Origin: Desulfurococcus amylolyticus Z-533
GTDB lineage: Archaea > Thermoproteota > Thermoprotei_A > Sulfolobales > Desulfurococcaceae
DNA: 32,000 nt
NCBI RefSeq assembly: GCF_000513855.1
Contig: NZ_KI911318.1
Coordinates: 899,327 to 931,326, forward strand
Reading direction: 5' to 3'
Part shown: one piece after another, positions 18,724-28,387 of the stretch
Numbering within the stretch: position 1 is the first letter of the stretch
Layout of the letters: each line of letters opens with the position of its first letter
The notes under the pieces: model-generated
What the model saw: only the letters and a program-made list of their open reading frames with translations
The model's database searches: none
Told to the model about the DNA's origin: nothing
Position numbers and translations under genes: made by a program

Positions 18724-20133
18724 GTGTTCCTCTTGGAGCCGATGATAGACCTAGATTACATCGTGAAAACCGGGCTGGAGCTCGGCGTGGAGTTTATCGA
18801 TGTCCGCTACCAAGACTACTACTATGAATCCCTGGTTGTGGACAATGGTGTTTTAAGAGAGGCAACGGCCACTTACTCCAGTGGTATAGGTGTAAGAGTT
18901 TTAGTAAAAGGACTGATGGGTTATGCCTCAACCAATGATCTAAGTAGGAGAGGTATGAGAGAGGCCGTGGAGTCAGCTATTAAATTGGCCAGGGTACTAG
19001 GGCACCATGGGATGGAACAGGGATTACTCGAGCGCCCAGTCTACAGGGATAGGATTGTGAGTCACTATGGATTAAACCCTGAGAACGTGGATCTCTCAGA
19101 GAAGGTGGAACTATTATTCGACATGTATAAGGCTGGGAGAGGGGTACAGGGTATTTCAAGCCTCATTATTCCATACGGGTATGAGAGGGATCACAGGATA
19201 TACGTCTCCAGTAGGGGAGACTACATTGATTTCACGCGGAGAATGATTGGGGTAGGGGTAAGGGCAGTGGCCAGCGTGGAGGGTAGATACGAGATGCTGT
19301 GGACAAGCGAGTCAGGTGTAGCTGGGTGGGAGTTCATTAAGTCGTTCAACTGGCTTAACTACGTTGCTGAGAACAGTAAGCTAGCCGTGGATGCAGCGAG
19401 GGCAGAGCATGTGAAACCGGGTAGATATGACATTGTGCTGGATAACGAGATTGTGGGACTAATGCTTCACGAGGCATTTGGGCATGCAAGCGAGGCAGAC
19501 ATAGTTGAAGCCGGTGGAAGCGTCCTCGGCGGTAGAATCGGGGAAACCGTGGCCAGCCCCCTTGTCTCAATAATTGATGATGGAAGAGTCGAGGGAGGGG
19601 TCTACGTTCCCTATGATGATGAAGGAACCCCTAAGCTTAAAACATATACGGTGAGAAATGGCGTGTTGTCATCCTTTCTCCATAGTCTTGCAACAGCGCG
19701 GGGACTCGGAGCATCTCCTACTGGTAATGCCCGCGTAATGTCTTTTAGAAACACGTTACTGGTGAGGCAGACGAACACCTATATGGAGCCCAGGGATTGG
19801 AAACCAGAGGAGATGATTAGGGATATGGGGAGGGGACTATATATCAGGGGTAAGGGTGCGATGGGAGGTGAGGTAAACCCGTTAACAGGTGCCTTCACGT
19901 TTACAAGTGGTCCAAGCTACATAGTTGAAAACGGTGAGCCTATTAAACTAGTTAAAGGAGTCATGTTAAGTGGTATAATACTTGAGACACTGAAGAACGT
20001 GGATGCCGTGGGAAAAGACCTGGTTGTTAAAACAAGCGTGTTTGGTGGATGCGGTAAGAGCGGACAGATGGTTAGGGTAGGGGATGGAGGACCACATGTC
20101 AGGGTTAGGGGATTCACTATTGGGGGTGGCTAA
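18724..20133 (+). CDS. tldD: TldD-family metalloprotease
   Basis: Contains the HEAFGH metal-binding motif, is about 470 aa, and is followed by its PmbA partner. The track start is GTG; the ATG at 18742 is possible. Confidence 0.88.
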   Translation: MFLLEPMIDLDYIVKTGLELGVEFIDVRYQDYYYESLVVDNGVLREATATYSSGIGVRVLVKGLMGYASTNDLSRRGMREAVESAIKLARVLGHHGMEQGLLERPVYRDRIVSHYGLNPENVDLSEKVELLFDMYKAGRGVQGISSLIIPYGYERDHRIYVSSRGDYIDFTRRMIGVGVRAVASVEGRYEMLWTSESGVAGWEFIKSFNWLNYVAENSKLAVDAARAEHVKPGRYDIVLDNEIVGLMLHEAFGHASEADIVEAGGSVLGGRIGETVASPLVSIIDDGRVEGGVYVPYDDEGTPKLKTYTVRNGVLSSFLHSLATARGLGASPTGNARVMSFRNTLLVRQTNTYMEPRDWKPEEMIRDMGRGLYIRGKGAMGGEVNPLTGAFTFTSGPSYIVENGEPIKLVKGVMLSGIILETLKNVDAVGKDLVVKTSVFGGCGKSGQMVRVGDGGPHVRVRGFTIGGG

Positions 20134-20135
20134 GC

Positions 20136-21479
20136 TTGCTCGAGAAGCTCTTGGAGATAGGTATTAGGAAAGGGTTGAGCGAAGTAGAGGTTTACTCCAT
20201 TGAATCCAATATATTATCATTCACTGTATCAAACAATATGGTTAAGGAGGCCTCGCGTTCGAGAATAACAAATATAGGTTTAAGGGGCGCGGTTGGAAGG
20301 AAAATCGGTGGCATTACTTTAACCACGTTAAACATCGAGCCAGAAAAAGCCGTGAGTGAACTAGTTGGAATAGTTAACTCGAGCCCTGAGGACCCTTATT
20401 GGCCTGGCTTTCCTCCATTAATACGTAGAGCTAGCAGTACTACTTGCCTCGATAGAAGAATCACTGATATAAGCGATGAAGAAGCCCTCAAACTACTATT
20501 AAACACCATGGAGACTTTGAGAAGCAAGGCCATGGAGAAGCATGTTGAGAAAGCCATCGTCGTCGAGGGCTCGTTGAACCTAGGTACCCAGAAGATACGT
20601 GTTTTAAACTTGCATGGAGTCGACACTAGCTCGGAGTGCACATTTATTAGCATGTGGCTTACATTAAGCGCTGAATCACCTAGCGGCTCATCCGATAAAT
20701 CAATGTTCATAGCTAAACGCGGACTCGACGAATCATATATATTGAAGCAGGCTGAAGAAGCAGGTGAGCTGGCAACGTTATTCACTAATGCAGGATTAGT
20801 GGAAAGCGGCGTCTACGATTTAATACTGGCTCCAGAAGCAGCTGGATTAATCATCTCCACCGTGTTGGCACCGGCTTTCTCAGCCTTAAACATTCTTGAG
20901 TCAAGGAGCCCATTGAAGGATAAAACAGGTAAGCAGGTTGCATCGCAACAGGTATCTATAATAGATGACCCATTGATACCCCTGGAACTAGGTAGTAGGA
21001 GTTTCGATGATGAAGGTGTAGGCACATATAGTAAAATAGTGGTTGATAAAGGAGTGTTCAAGCAACCATTGCACTCGTATTATACAGCATCTAGGATGAG
21101 TACCGAGACTACTGGAAACGGGTTCAGGCGTTCACCCGGTAGCCCGGTGCAACCGGGTGTTACCAACCTTATACTTCAGCCGGTTAGGGGTGATTTAAAC
21201 AGCTTCATTAATGAAGCTGGGAGAGCGCTAGTGGTTTACGAGATGATCGGGTATTGGATGAGTAACCCAGTCAACGGCGTCGTGAAGGCCACAGTGAGCC
21301 ATGGATTGCTAGTTGAAAAAGGTAGGATTATTCAACCAGTTAAAGGAGTAGTAATCACTGGTAACATCTACGAGTGGCTGAACAACGGTCTTGCAGGTGT
21401 TGGAGGAGACCTAGCTGTGAATAACGGGGTTGGCTCCCCAAGCCTATGGATCCACGGGGTTAATGTGGCTGGGAGGTAA
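20136..21479 (+). CDS. pmbA: PmbA/TldE-family protein (TldD partner)
   Basis: 447-aa paralogue-like ORF 2 nt after the tldD stop. It lacks HExxH, as expected for PmbA. TTG start. Confidence 0.8.
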   Translation: MLEKLLEIGIRKGLSEVEVYSIESNILSFTVSNNMVKEASRSRITNIGLRGAVGRKIGGITLTTLNIEPEKAVSELVGIVNSSPEDPYWPGFPPLIRRASSTTCLDRRITDISDEEALKLLLNTMETLRSKAMEKHVEKAIVVEGSLNLGTQKIRVLNLHGVDTSSECTFISMWLTLSAESPSGSSDKSMFIAKRGLDESYILKQAEEAGELATLFTNAGLVESGVYDLILAPEAAGLIISTVLAPAFSALNILESRSPLKDKTGKQVASQQVSIIDDPLIPLELGSRSFDDEGVGTYSKIVVDKGVFKQPLHSYYTASRMSTETTGNGFRRSPGSPVQPGVTNLILQPVRGDLNSFINEAGRALVVYEMIGYWMSNPVNGVVKATVSHGLLVEKGRIIQPVKGVVITGNIYEWLNNGLAGVGGDLAVNNGVGSPSLWIHGVNVAGR

Positions 21480-21484
21480 GGTGG

Positions 21485-22390
21485 TTACTCGGCATGCCTT
21501 AACCTAAGTATTTCACCACTTGACAATCTATGGCTGCCTGATTCGTTTTCAATGATCAGCTCTCCATACTCTGTCACATCCTTTGCGATCCCCTGTATTT
21601 CACCACTGCTTGTCATAGCTATGACTTTTCTACCTAGTGTGGAGAGATGCTCCATATACTCCATCCTCAACTCATCTGGCCTACCGGCTAATCTATCCAA
21701 CCTGCCAATCCACCCGGAGAGATAGGAGAGGATCCTGTTACGCGGTATCAGGTGTCCCACTATGTTCTTAATGCTCTCAGCCACTTCAAGCGGGGGGTCA
21801 TTATTAACGTTTATGCCTATCCCGATATAGGTGACCATTACTGACTCCTTGTACTCGCCCTCCAGGAGTATCCCAGCGATCTTTTTATCCCCAAATATTA
21901 TGTCGTTAGGCCACTTGATTTCAACATTTATACCGAGTTTATCTCTTAGCATCCTGACTAGGAGGACTGGTATCGCTATTGAAAGAACCTGTGTTACCTG
22001 GGGTGTGGTATTAATCTTGAACGTGATCCATAATCCTCCGAGATTCCCTATCCATGTCTTTCCATGTCTTCCTCTACCCTGTGTCTGCATCTCTGATACA
22101 ACTATACTCCATGGTGGCATCTGTTTCGCTGAAGTCATCGTGGATCCTGTTATAATTCTATATAGGTAGTTCCAACCCCATGGTTTTAATCTACGTGGAT
22201 TATCACCCGGGCTCCATGAAACCCTGGATCTCGCGGTCTCCATTAAGTAATACCTGGATAACTCGTTAATCATGCTGATTAATTCATCCTGTTGTACACC
22301 TATCTCTCTCACCACTTCGGAGATAGGTATCTCGTCGTGCTCGGAGAGAATTCTCACCAGTTCAAGCTTTAATGCGAGCTCGCTACTCAT
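21485..22390 (-). CDS. birA: Biotin--[acetyl-CoA-carboxylase] ligase with an N-terminal HTH
   Basis: Contains GRGRHGKTW and KWPNDI motifs. Confidence 0.88.
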   Translation of the reverse strand: MSSELALKLELVRILSEHDEIPISEVVREIGVQQDELISMINELSRYYLMETARSRVSWSPGDNPRRLKPWGWNYLYRIITGSTMTSAKQMPPWSIVVSEMQTQGRGRHGKTWIGNLGGLWITFKINTTPQVTQVLSIAIPVLLVRMLRDKLGINVEIKWPNDIIFGDKKIAGILLEGEYKESVMVTYIGIGINVNNDPPLEVAESIKNIVGHLIPRNRILSYLSGWIGRLDRLAGRPDELRMEYMEHLSTLGRKVIAMTSSGEIQGIAKDVTEYGELIIENESGSHRLSSGEILRLRHAE

Positions 22391-23077
22391 TTACTTCTCC
22401 TCCTCTAATAGTTTAATCTTCTCAACGACTTTATCAATGTTAAGCATGTTAGGGAGATCCGGGTAGTATTTCCTCAAAAATTCATAGAGGTTTACCACAG
22501 GCGCGTTTCTCTTACCTGTCGATAACTCTACTAACCCCTCCCTCCATAGTTTTGAGAGGAGTCCTAACAATAGGTTCCGAGCATTCTCCATTTCAACGGC
22601 CGCCTCATATTCTCTCTTCATATACCTGATTACTAGACCGGGGTTCTCAGAATACTTCTCCAATACACCCCGATCCTTCCTAACTATTGGACAGGCTAAG
22701 CTTATCCCGTAGTCAGCTGTTGCCAGTATATACCTACCCCTCTCATCTATATTGTATTTAACGTGACGGGGTACATAGGGATAGCTCCTACATATCAGCG
22801 GCTTGTATACATCGTGTATCAGGCACCTAACCCCGCTTAAGAAAACGCATCTACCGTTGTTGAGCTCCATTATATAGCTGAAAGCTATATTCAAACCCGA
22901 GATCTCATCGTAAACCGTGTATCCTGGTTGACTCTTATAAGGTAGATCGAGTACCCCAGCTATGATTTCAAGCACCACGTCTTCATGGGGCAGTATGGAG
23001 ACGGGTGAAAATGTGCAGCACAGTCCGCAAGCCGGGCACTTGAATACAGGTATTTCCTCCTCCATAATACATCTCAT
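22391..23077 (-). CDS. YkgJ/UPF0153-type cysteine-cluster (CxxCxxCC) protein
   Basis: The N-terminal FKCPACGLCC motif is present. Its stop abuts the birA start, giving an operon with nadM. Confidence 0.6.
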   Translation of the reverse strand: MRCIMEEEIPVFKCPACGLCCTFSPVSILPHEDVVLEIIAGVLDLPYKSQPGYTVYDEISGLNIAFSYIMELNNGRCVFLSGVRCLIHDVYKPLICRSYPYVPRHVKYNIDERGRYILATADYGISLACPIVRKDRGVLEKYSENPGLVIRYMKREYEAAVEMENARNLLLGLLSKLWREGLVELSTGKRNAPVVNLYEFLRKYYPDLPNMLNIDKVVEKIKLLEEEK

Positions 23078-23082
23078 CCCGG

Positions 23083-23640
23083 CTAGGCGGTGGCATAATA
23101 CCCTGGTAGCCTCTCACTGTAAAGCATCTTTATTCTCTCCACTCCTCCTATACTTTCAATTATCTCCACGACTGGTGGCGGAACTAATTGTTTCCACAGG
23201 GGGTCATTATTTAGTATTAGTCGTCTAATGGTTGAACCACTATATGTATCCCTCTCCTTGAGGGGCGGGGTAATCACCACATACCCCTCCTCCATGAAGA
23301 GCCTCTGTATTATCGGGTTTAATGTGATCACGGATTTAAATGGAGGACTGTATTGTCTAACAAAGTGTATGGCTGCCCTATTCACCTCGAGTGTGGGAAG
23401 AGTAACCGTTATATACCTTGATAAATCATGTCCAGCCCATTTAAGTGATTCCCTAATCATAAGTATTCTCTCACCAGCTGTAAACGGGTTCTCAGGTGTA
23501 TGGCTTTGACTAGCCATCCCAACCACTATTATGGTTTCATCATAGTTTCTATAACAGTACTCTACAGCGTTTAAGTGGCCGTAATGGAATGGCTGAAACC
23601 TCGCTATTATAAGGCATCTCCCAGTATCCATCGAAGACAC
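23083..23640 (-). CDS. nadM: Nicotinamide-nucleotide adenylyltransferase (archaeal NMNAT)
   Basis: Contains IARFQPFHYGH (the GxFxPxHxGH-type motif) and YSGSTIRRL (the ISGTxIR-type motif). Confidence 0.88.
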   Translation of the reverse strand: MSSMDTGRCLIIARFQPFHYGHLNAVEYCYRNYDETIIVVGMASQSHTPENPFTAGERILMIRESLKWAGHDLSRYITVTLPTLEVNRAAIHFVRQYSPPFKSVITLNPIIQRLFMEEGYVVITPPLKERDTYSGSTIRRLILNNDPLWKQLVPPPVVEIIESIGGVERIKMLYSERLPGYYATA

Positions 23641-23673
23641 CTTTTCACGATCAATTAACCCCTATCAGGTATC

Positions 23674-25131
23674 TTAATTTAAAAACCCTCCTAAATCAAT
23701 AGGGATACTATGAGGCATTATAACGATTATTAGTGCTATGCCTGCAAGTATGATGATAATGCCTGCCTTAGCCATTTCATAGCTCTTGAAGTAGCCGTGG
23801 GAGTACGTTATAGCGTTTGGGGGTGTATTTACTGGGAGCAGGAAGGCGTAGCACGAGGCAAGCCCAGCTGCTACTGTAACCACCGTGCTTGTCCTGGGGT
23901 CCATACCCAGCGTCTTTGCCACGCTAATGGCAAGTGGAACCATTGTTGCACTAGTTGCTGTTATGCTACATATTACAGCAATGCTCAGAACCGATATAGC
24001 TGCAATTATTACTGAGACGAGGCTCTGTGGATAGGCCTGAAGCGGGCTCTTCAGAGAGTCGGCGATTAACTTGAGAATATCCGTCTCCCTGAGTCCCTCG
24101 CCGAGAGCGAGTCCGCCTGCTACGAGGAACACTACTCCCCAGTCCAGTTCACTTATCTGCTTAGCCTCTAGGACGCCAATGCCAGGCATGAAGAATAGCA
24201 TTATTACCAGCAGCGAGGCCGCGTAGGTCCAGTCAAGTACCCACTGCTGTCCGCTTAGCAGCAAAACTGCGAGCGGCTCAATGAGCCAGAGTATGACTGC
24301 AAGCGCCATCAACGCTATGGTCCTCTTTTACACCAGCGTAAGGGGGCCCCATGCTCCTGAGCTCTCTTTCAATTGCCTCCCTGTTCACTGTCTTGGCCTC
24401 CCGCTCAAGCGGGTAGAGCAATAGGAGAACTCTCCAGGCAGTTAGAGTCAGTGCAAGCACTATTGGAACCCCCATATCATCCACTTTACAAAGCTTATCC
24501 TGATTCCCAAGGAGCTCTCAATATTTCCAATCGTTATTGGCACGGGCGGCGTGCCCACAGGCGTTCCTATACCACCTATTGTTGCTGCATATGCGATGCC
24601 TATCATTAAGGCCTTACCAAGGTTGCTCTCCCCTGACTTAGCACCCACCATGCTGAGAATGCTTACTGCGACGGGGGTCATGAGGGCCGCTGCAGCTGTG
24701 TTTGACATCAACATCGATATAAGGGCTGTTGCAAGCATCATTCCAAGCACTACCATATGCACCCTGACTCAAACTAGGGAGAGCACTTTGAGTCCCAGGA
24801 GCTTGTCGAGCTTATGTGTGGAGAGCGCGGCAGATATCACGAGGCCGGCTATGATGAGTATGTTCACCTTACTTGCTATGAAGGACACGGACTTGGAGAA
24901 GGGAAAGATGCCGTATAGCGTGAGCAACAACATTACTATGAGGCCCGTTACTGGTATTGGAACGCACTCCGTAGACCAGTACACGAGTGCCAGTAGGGCT
25001 ATCCCCAGCATCACCATACCTCTCTGATCCAGCCCACCTATGGGCAATGCCGACGCCACTAAATGAGCTGTCATGAGCGTTAACACAGCTATAAGGAGCT
25101 TTAATCTGGTATTCATGACACTAAACCCCAC
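23674..25131 (-). pseudogene. DASS/SLC13 (sodium:sulfate or di/tricarboxylate symporter) family transporter, disrupted
   Basis: Four consecutive minus-strand ORFs together form one transporter, with hairpin-loop motifs SNTAAAALMTPV and ITATSATMVPLA. There are three lesions. First, an in-frame TGA at 24769-24771. Second, a -1 shift at the C5/G5 run 24469-24473: ...KWMIWG then VPIVLALTL... continues in another frame. Third, a +1 shift at the T4/A4 run 24326-24329: ...PPYAGVK then RTIALMALAVILWL.... Confidence 0.85.
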
Positions 25132-25149
25132 ATTACTCCTTCATGTAGG

Positions 25150-25560
25150 CTAGTACAAATGAATTGGAAGCAGGAGTATGAAAAGATTGTGGTCCCCTGT
25201 AGGCCACCCCGGCTTCAGCTCAATAGCCATCTCCTCGATTAGGAGAGTATGAAGCTTAGTGAGGCGCTGAAGTTGAGCTTCAACATGATTGTGATGCATG
25301 AACAGGTACGGATAACTACAGGTTTGCCGTAATCAGGCTTAGCAGAATCGGGTTGGACTTCGTAGTCATTGACAACGACCCATTAGCGGTGCTTCTAATG
25401 GTGGAGGACCCCTACAAGGCCATTAAGTAGCCGCACGAGCCAATAAGAGAAGTGCCAGTAGTATACAGTGACCCCCCTCTTTGCCCTAGAGGGATGAGGG
25501 TTTCCTTTAGGGAGTTCATCGGTTTCCTCTATCTATTCTGGTTTGTATTTCCATCTAGGG
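25150..25560 (-). mobile_element. Heavily degraded C-terminal relic of an IS200/IS605-family TnpB (OrfB) gene (tentative)
   Basis: The region is non-coding in the ORF track. Minus-strand frames give fragments that run parallel to the better-preserved relic at 28659-29204. The fragments are PLGQRGGSLYTTGTSLIGSCGY (versus AL*GQTVVEEISGEYASTTCSLCK), CSCITIMLKLNFSASLSFILS (versus CFRHDKVFNADLVGAFNILS) and IELKPGWPTGD (versus TRLRPGAGLNPNGD). The two regions also share the 10-mer ccctagaggg followed about 12-13 nt later by tttaggg. There are multiple stops and frameshifts. Confidence 0.35.
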
Positions 25561-25659
25561 GGTGAGGCAAGCAATTAGAAGTATTTATAGGTAATTACAG
25601 GTATTTACCAGACTCGAACCCAGACTGCTTCACAGTGGGTGGAAGCCGTGGATATATAG

Positions 25660-26058
25660 CTATGGATTCTTCCTCTCGTTGCTACTACTCTTCAACTTAT
25701 TAATATGCCTTGTTAAAGCCTCGACAATTCTCTTGGAGACCTCGACCTCCCCGCTGACCATGCATTGCTCGATTAGGTTTGCCCTATACTTCTTATACTC
25801 CTCCTGTGTTAGCCTGCCCTCTGTAAGCATTATGTTTACGCGTGAAACACAGTCTTTTTCAAGGCTCCGGGTCCATGGTGTTACAATATATATGTATGGG
25901 TATCGTGGATCCACCTGCTTCACCTCAACGAGGCCCTTCAACTCAGCTGCTATAACAAGGTCCCTAACCTTCTCGAGCTCGTTTTCCTCGAATATGAAGC
26001 AATTATATCTTGAAAAAGCCCTCGCCATGCGTTCAGCCAGGACAATTATATCACTCAC
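25660..26058 (-). CDS. Hypothetical protein, 132 aa, last gene of the HD cassette
   Basis: The ORF has a GTG start that overlaps the upstream stop as GTGA (26055-26058). I recognise no motif. The C-terminal half is charged and helical. Confidence 0.55.
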   Translation of the reverse strand: MSDIIVLAERMARAFSRYNCFIFEENELEKVRDLVIAAELKGLVEVKQVDPRYPYIYIVTPWTRSLEKDCVSRVNIMLTEGRLTQEEYKKYRANLIEQCMVSGEVEVSKRIVEALTRHINKLKSSSNERKNP

Positions 26059-26477
26059 TTCTCATCACCTAAATGGGTCTTGGAGACAGGTATATTCAGC
26101 GTCTCGATAAATATTCTCGCAAGCCAGGCGTAGACCGGGCTCCCCACTCCCCGTCTGGCAACACCGTTAAGGTATTTAGCCCTATATACTAGTTCACCCC
26201 TGTGATTGTAAATGCTAATATATCCTTTAATCCTTCCCATATAGTTTTTCACGAACCAGCCATATATAGCGAAATCTCCATGTGTAAGAGTGATCTTAAT
26301 GGATTTAGCTGAGCCCTTGACATATGTGGGTCTAGCCTCGGTTTCCTCAATAATATTCTCCCTCCCAGGCTTTACCACCCCTATACCCCTCCTATATATT
26401 AGCAGAGTGCTTGAAGCGGCATGCTTACCGCTCCTACTTCTAGAGTTCTCTATTTTAAAATACCCTATGCTACTCAT
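26055..26477 (-). CDS. Hypothetical protein, 140 aa
   Basis: The ORF starts 12 nt after the upstream stop. I recognise no motif. Confidence 0.55.
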   Translation of the reverse strand: MSSIGYFKIENSRSRSGKHAASSTLLIYRRGIGVVKPGRENIIEETEARPTYVKGSAKSIKITLTHGDFAIYGWFVKNYMGRIKGYISIYNHRGELVYRAKYLNGVARRGVGSPVYAWLARIFIETLNIPVSKTHLGDEK

Positions 26478-26489
26478 CTAGATCACACG

Positions 26490-26741
26490 TTACCTCTTCT
26501 CATACACATAGAGGAGGCTTTTCTCCTTGAACTCTATAACCGGGTTCTCGGCCTCCACTATGAGGCTCCATGGCTGGTCATGGAGCTGCCTGTTTATTCT
26601 AACAACCAGGTTACTTAAGACTACTTGTTTAACACCCTCGTAAACCCTCGACTCCTCTAGTAATCCTTCACTATTATACTTGCTCACCTCTACAACATAT
26701 TCATCGGTTTTGAAATACATGTTGATTATCAGCCTAGTCAT
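26490..26741 (-). CDS. Hypothetical protein, 83 aa
   Basis: The ORF starts 15 nt after the HD gene stop. A G-rich stretch (gggggc) lies about 10 nt upstream of the ATG and could act as a Shine-Dalgarno-like element for an internal operon gene. Confidence 0.5.
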   Translation of the reverse strand: MTRLIINMYFKTDEYVVEVSKYNSEGLLEESRVYEGVKQVVLSNLVVRINRQLHDQPWSLIVEAENPVIEFKEKSLLYVYEKR

Positions 26742-26756
26742 TTACACTAGCCCCCG

Positions 26757-28310
26757 TTACATTGTGAGTTTGAATCTCGAGTAATCAATACCCGTGGCAG
26801 ACTTATATGCTTCCTCAATACTCCTCCTATACTCATCCATGTTTATCCTGAGCAGGCTCTCCAAGACATCCCCAATGGTCTTAGAGGCTATGGATTCTGC
26901 TTCAACCCTGTACTTACCTCTTCTCACGTAGGCCCTGAATATCACTGCCAGAGGCAGCTCTCCCTCTAGTAGATTTATCTCTTGCCCCACGACTATCTGT
27001 CTGCCCAGTATTTTACCGGTGTAAACCACAACCCCGGGTATGCTGTTTTCTCCACCAGGGTACAGAAGGGTCTTGGGCACCGGTGATACATCGAGTACGT
27101 CAACCCATACATCTTCCTCTGTAACCCCTATTCCACTAAGCTTTCTAGATAATTCTTCCGTGAGAGCGGATACAACTTTACTCCTCCACTCCCTGTTAAA
27201 GATTAATTTAAGTATTTCACTAATGAACCTCGGTCCTCCGTATCCGTTTAACACGTAGTCTCCGCCGACACGCCTCCACTCAGGCTTCCTCTCGATAAGC
27301 ATCAACCTGGCTAGACGCCCGGTTTCGGACTCCTCCCTTAAAGCCTTACCTAGGAGGATATTGTATACGTATACATCGGTTAACTCGAGGAAGTCCTCGA
27401 TCCTTCCCTTGGATATAGCGATCACTCTTTCCACGAGCCCGTATTCCTCATCAAGTCTCTCTAGGAGCGTGTCGAGTATTTTATCGAAGGCTCTGCAAAC
27501 ACTGTGATAGTATACGTGCTCATACATGCTTGCCTTGGCAATCATGTATTGCTTAAACTCTCCTAGACCAGTTCTATCTAGGATGGGTTTGAAGCCGCCT
27601 CCCTCTATGAGGGGGTAGGTGTTCCTGTAGAGCCTCTCATGACTTATATAACCATACTCGCTTGTACCAGCATAATAGCTATCCCTCCTGAGGAAGTCGA
27701 CTATATCGGTTGGATACAATCCATCCTTGATAACCCACCTATACATCCTGATAAGCGGTGGGCCATCATAATTATCCTTCAGTAGCTTCTTTAAGACATC
27801 GTTTAAACCGTTTAAACCATACTTCTCTTCTAGTTTAATGAGTGCATCCTCTAAGACTAGCTCCACTAGCTTGAGTCCTATCCTCTCATGATTCGCTAAC
27901 TCACTGGGCATCGTCCTCCTCCATAGAACAGAGTGCTCGAAGGAGTGGCCGAAGGCTGCATGCCCTACATCGTGGAGTAGCCCGGCTAGTCTACTGGCCT
28001 CTATTAGTGTGGCAGGAGAGTAGTCTTCTAATGCTTCCCTTCCATAAATAGACACGAGCTTCCATGTTAAATCCTCTGCAACCAACCCGCTTAGATGCAT
28101 TACACCGAGGCTATGCTGGAACCTGGTGTGAACAGCGCCAGGGTAAACAAGGTGGGCTGTCTGCAACTGCATTATGTAGCGGAGTCTCTGGAGTAGGCTA
28201 CTATTAATAATCTGTTCCTCGATTTCCCTGTTGAAGTAAACGAAGCCGTATATAGGGTCGCTCACCATTTTCCATGTAAATAACTCCATGAAACCACTAT
28301 GAGGCTGCAT
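26757..28310 (-). CDS. HD-domain phosphohydrolase of the SAMHD1 / dNTP triphosphohydrolase-like group (COG1078-like)
   Basis: N-terminus DPIYGFVYF...LQRLRYIMQLQTAHLVYPGAVHTRFQHSLGVMHL, followed by LLHDVGHAAFGHSFE (H...HD...D signature). The start is uncertain: Met codons at 28310, 28289 and 28268 are all possible. Confidence 0.85.
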   Translation of the reverse strand: MQPHSGFMELFTWKMVSDPIYGFVYFNREIEEQIINSSLLQRLRYIMQLQTAHLVYPGAVHTRFQHSLGVMHLSGLVAEDLTWKLVSIYGREALEDYSPATLIEASRLAGLLHDVGHAAFGHSFEHSVLWRRTMPSELANHERIGLKLVELVLEDALIKLEEKYGLNGLNDVLKKLLKDNYDGPPLIRMYRWVIKDGLYPTDIVDFLRRDSYYAGTSEYGYISHERLYRNTYPLIEGGGFKPILDRTGLGEFKQYMIAKASMYEHVYYHSVCRAFDKILDTLLERLDEEYGLVERVIAISKGRIEDFLELTDVYVYNILLGKALREESETGRLARLMLIERKPEWRRVGGDYVLNGYGGPRFISEILKLIFNREWRSKVVSALTEELSRKLSGIGVTEEDVWVDVLDVSPVPKTLLYPGGENSIPGVVVYTGKILGRQIVVGQEINLLEGELPLAVIFRAYVRRGKYRVEAESIASKTIGDVLESLLRINMDEYRRSIEEAYKSATGIDYSRFKLTM

Positions 28311-28387
28311 TAAATAATCACCGCTTAAACACTGGATGGATTACCAGATGAAAAACTGGAGTAGAGTGGGGGTAACCTGGTTTCCAT

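Noticed and set aside
24769-24771. The in-frame TGA in the transporter read as selenocysteine or programmed readthrough.
   Set aside because: Crenarchaea are not known to use selenocysteine, and no SECIS-like context was evident. The same gene has two additional frameshifts, so pseudogenisation is the simpler reading.
25262-25428. Plus-strand fragments MKLSEALKLSFNMIVMHEQ... and ...RIGLDFVVIDNDPLAVLLMVEDPYKAIK, which hint at a decayed enzyme gene (the GxDFVxID motif is reminiscent of HpcH-type aldolases).
   Set aside because: The resemblance rests on one short motif. The minus-strand TnpB-like reading of the same DNA has more collinear matches. Neither reading can be confirmed without a profile search.
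25601-25640. The sequence gactcgaaccc, which resembles the reverse complement of a tRNA T-arm (GGGTTCGAGTC). It might have been a tRNA fragment or integrase att site.
   Set aside because: The flanking bases form a direct repeat (ccagact ... ccagact), not the inverted repeat needed for a T-stem. No acceptor or anticodon arm could be built.
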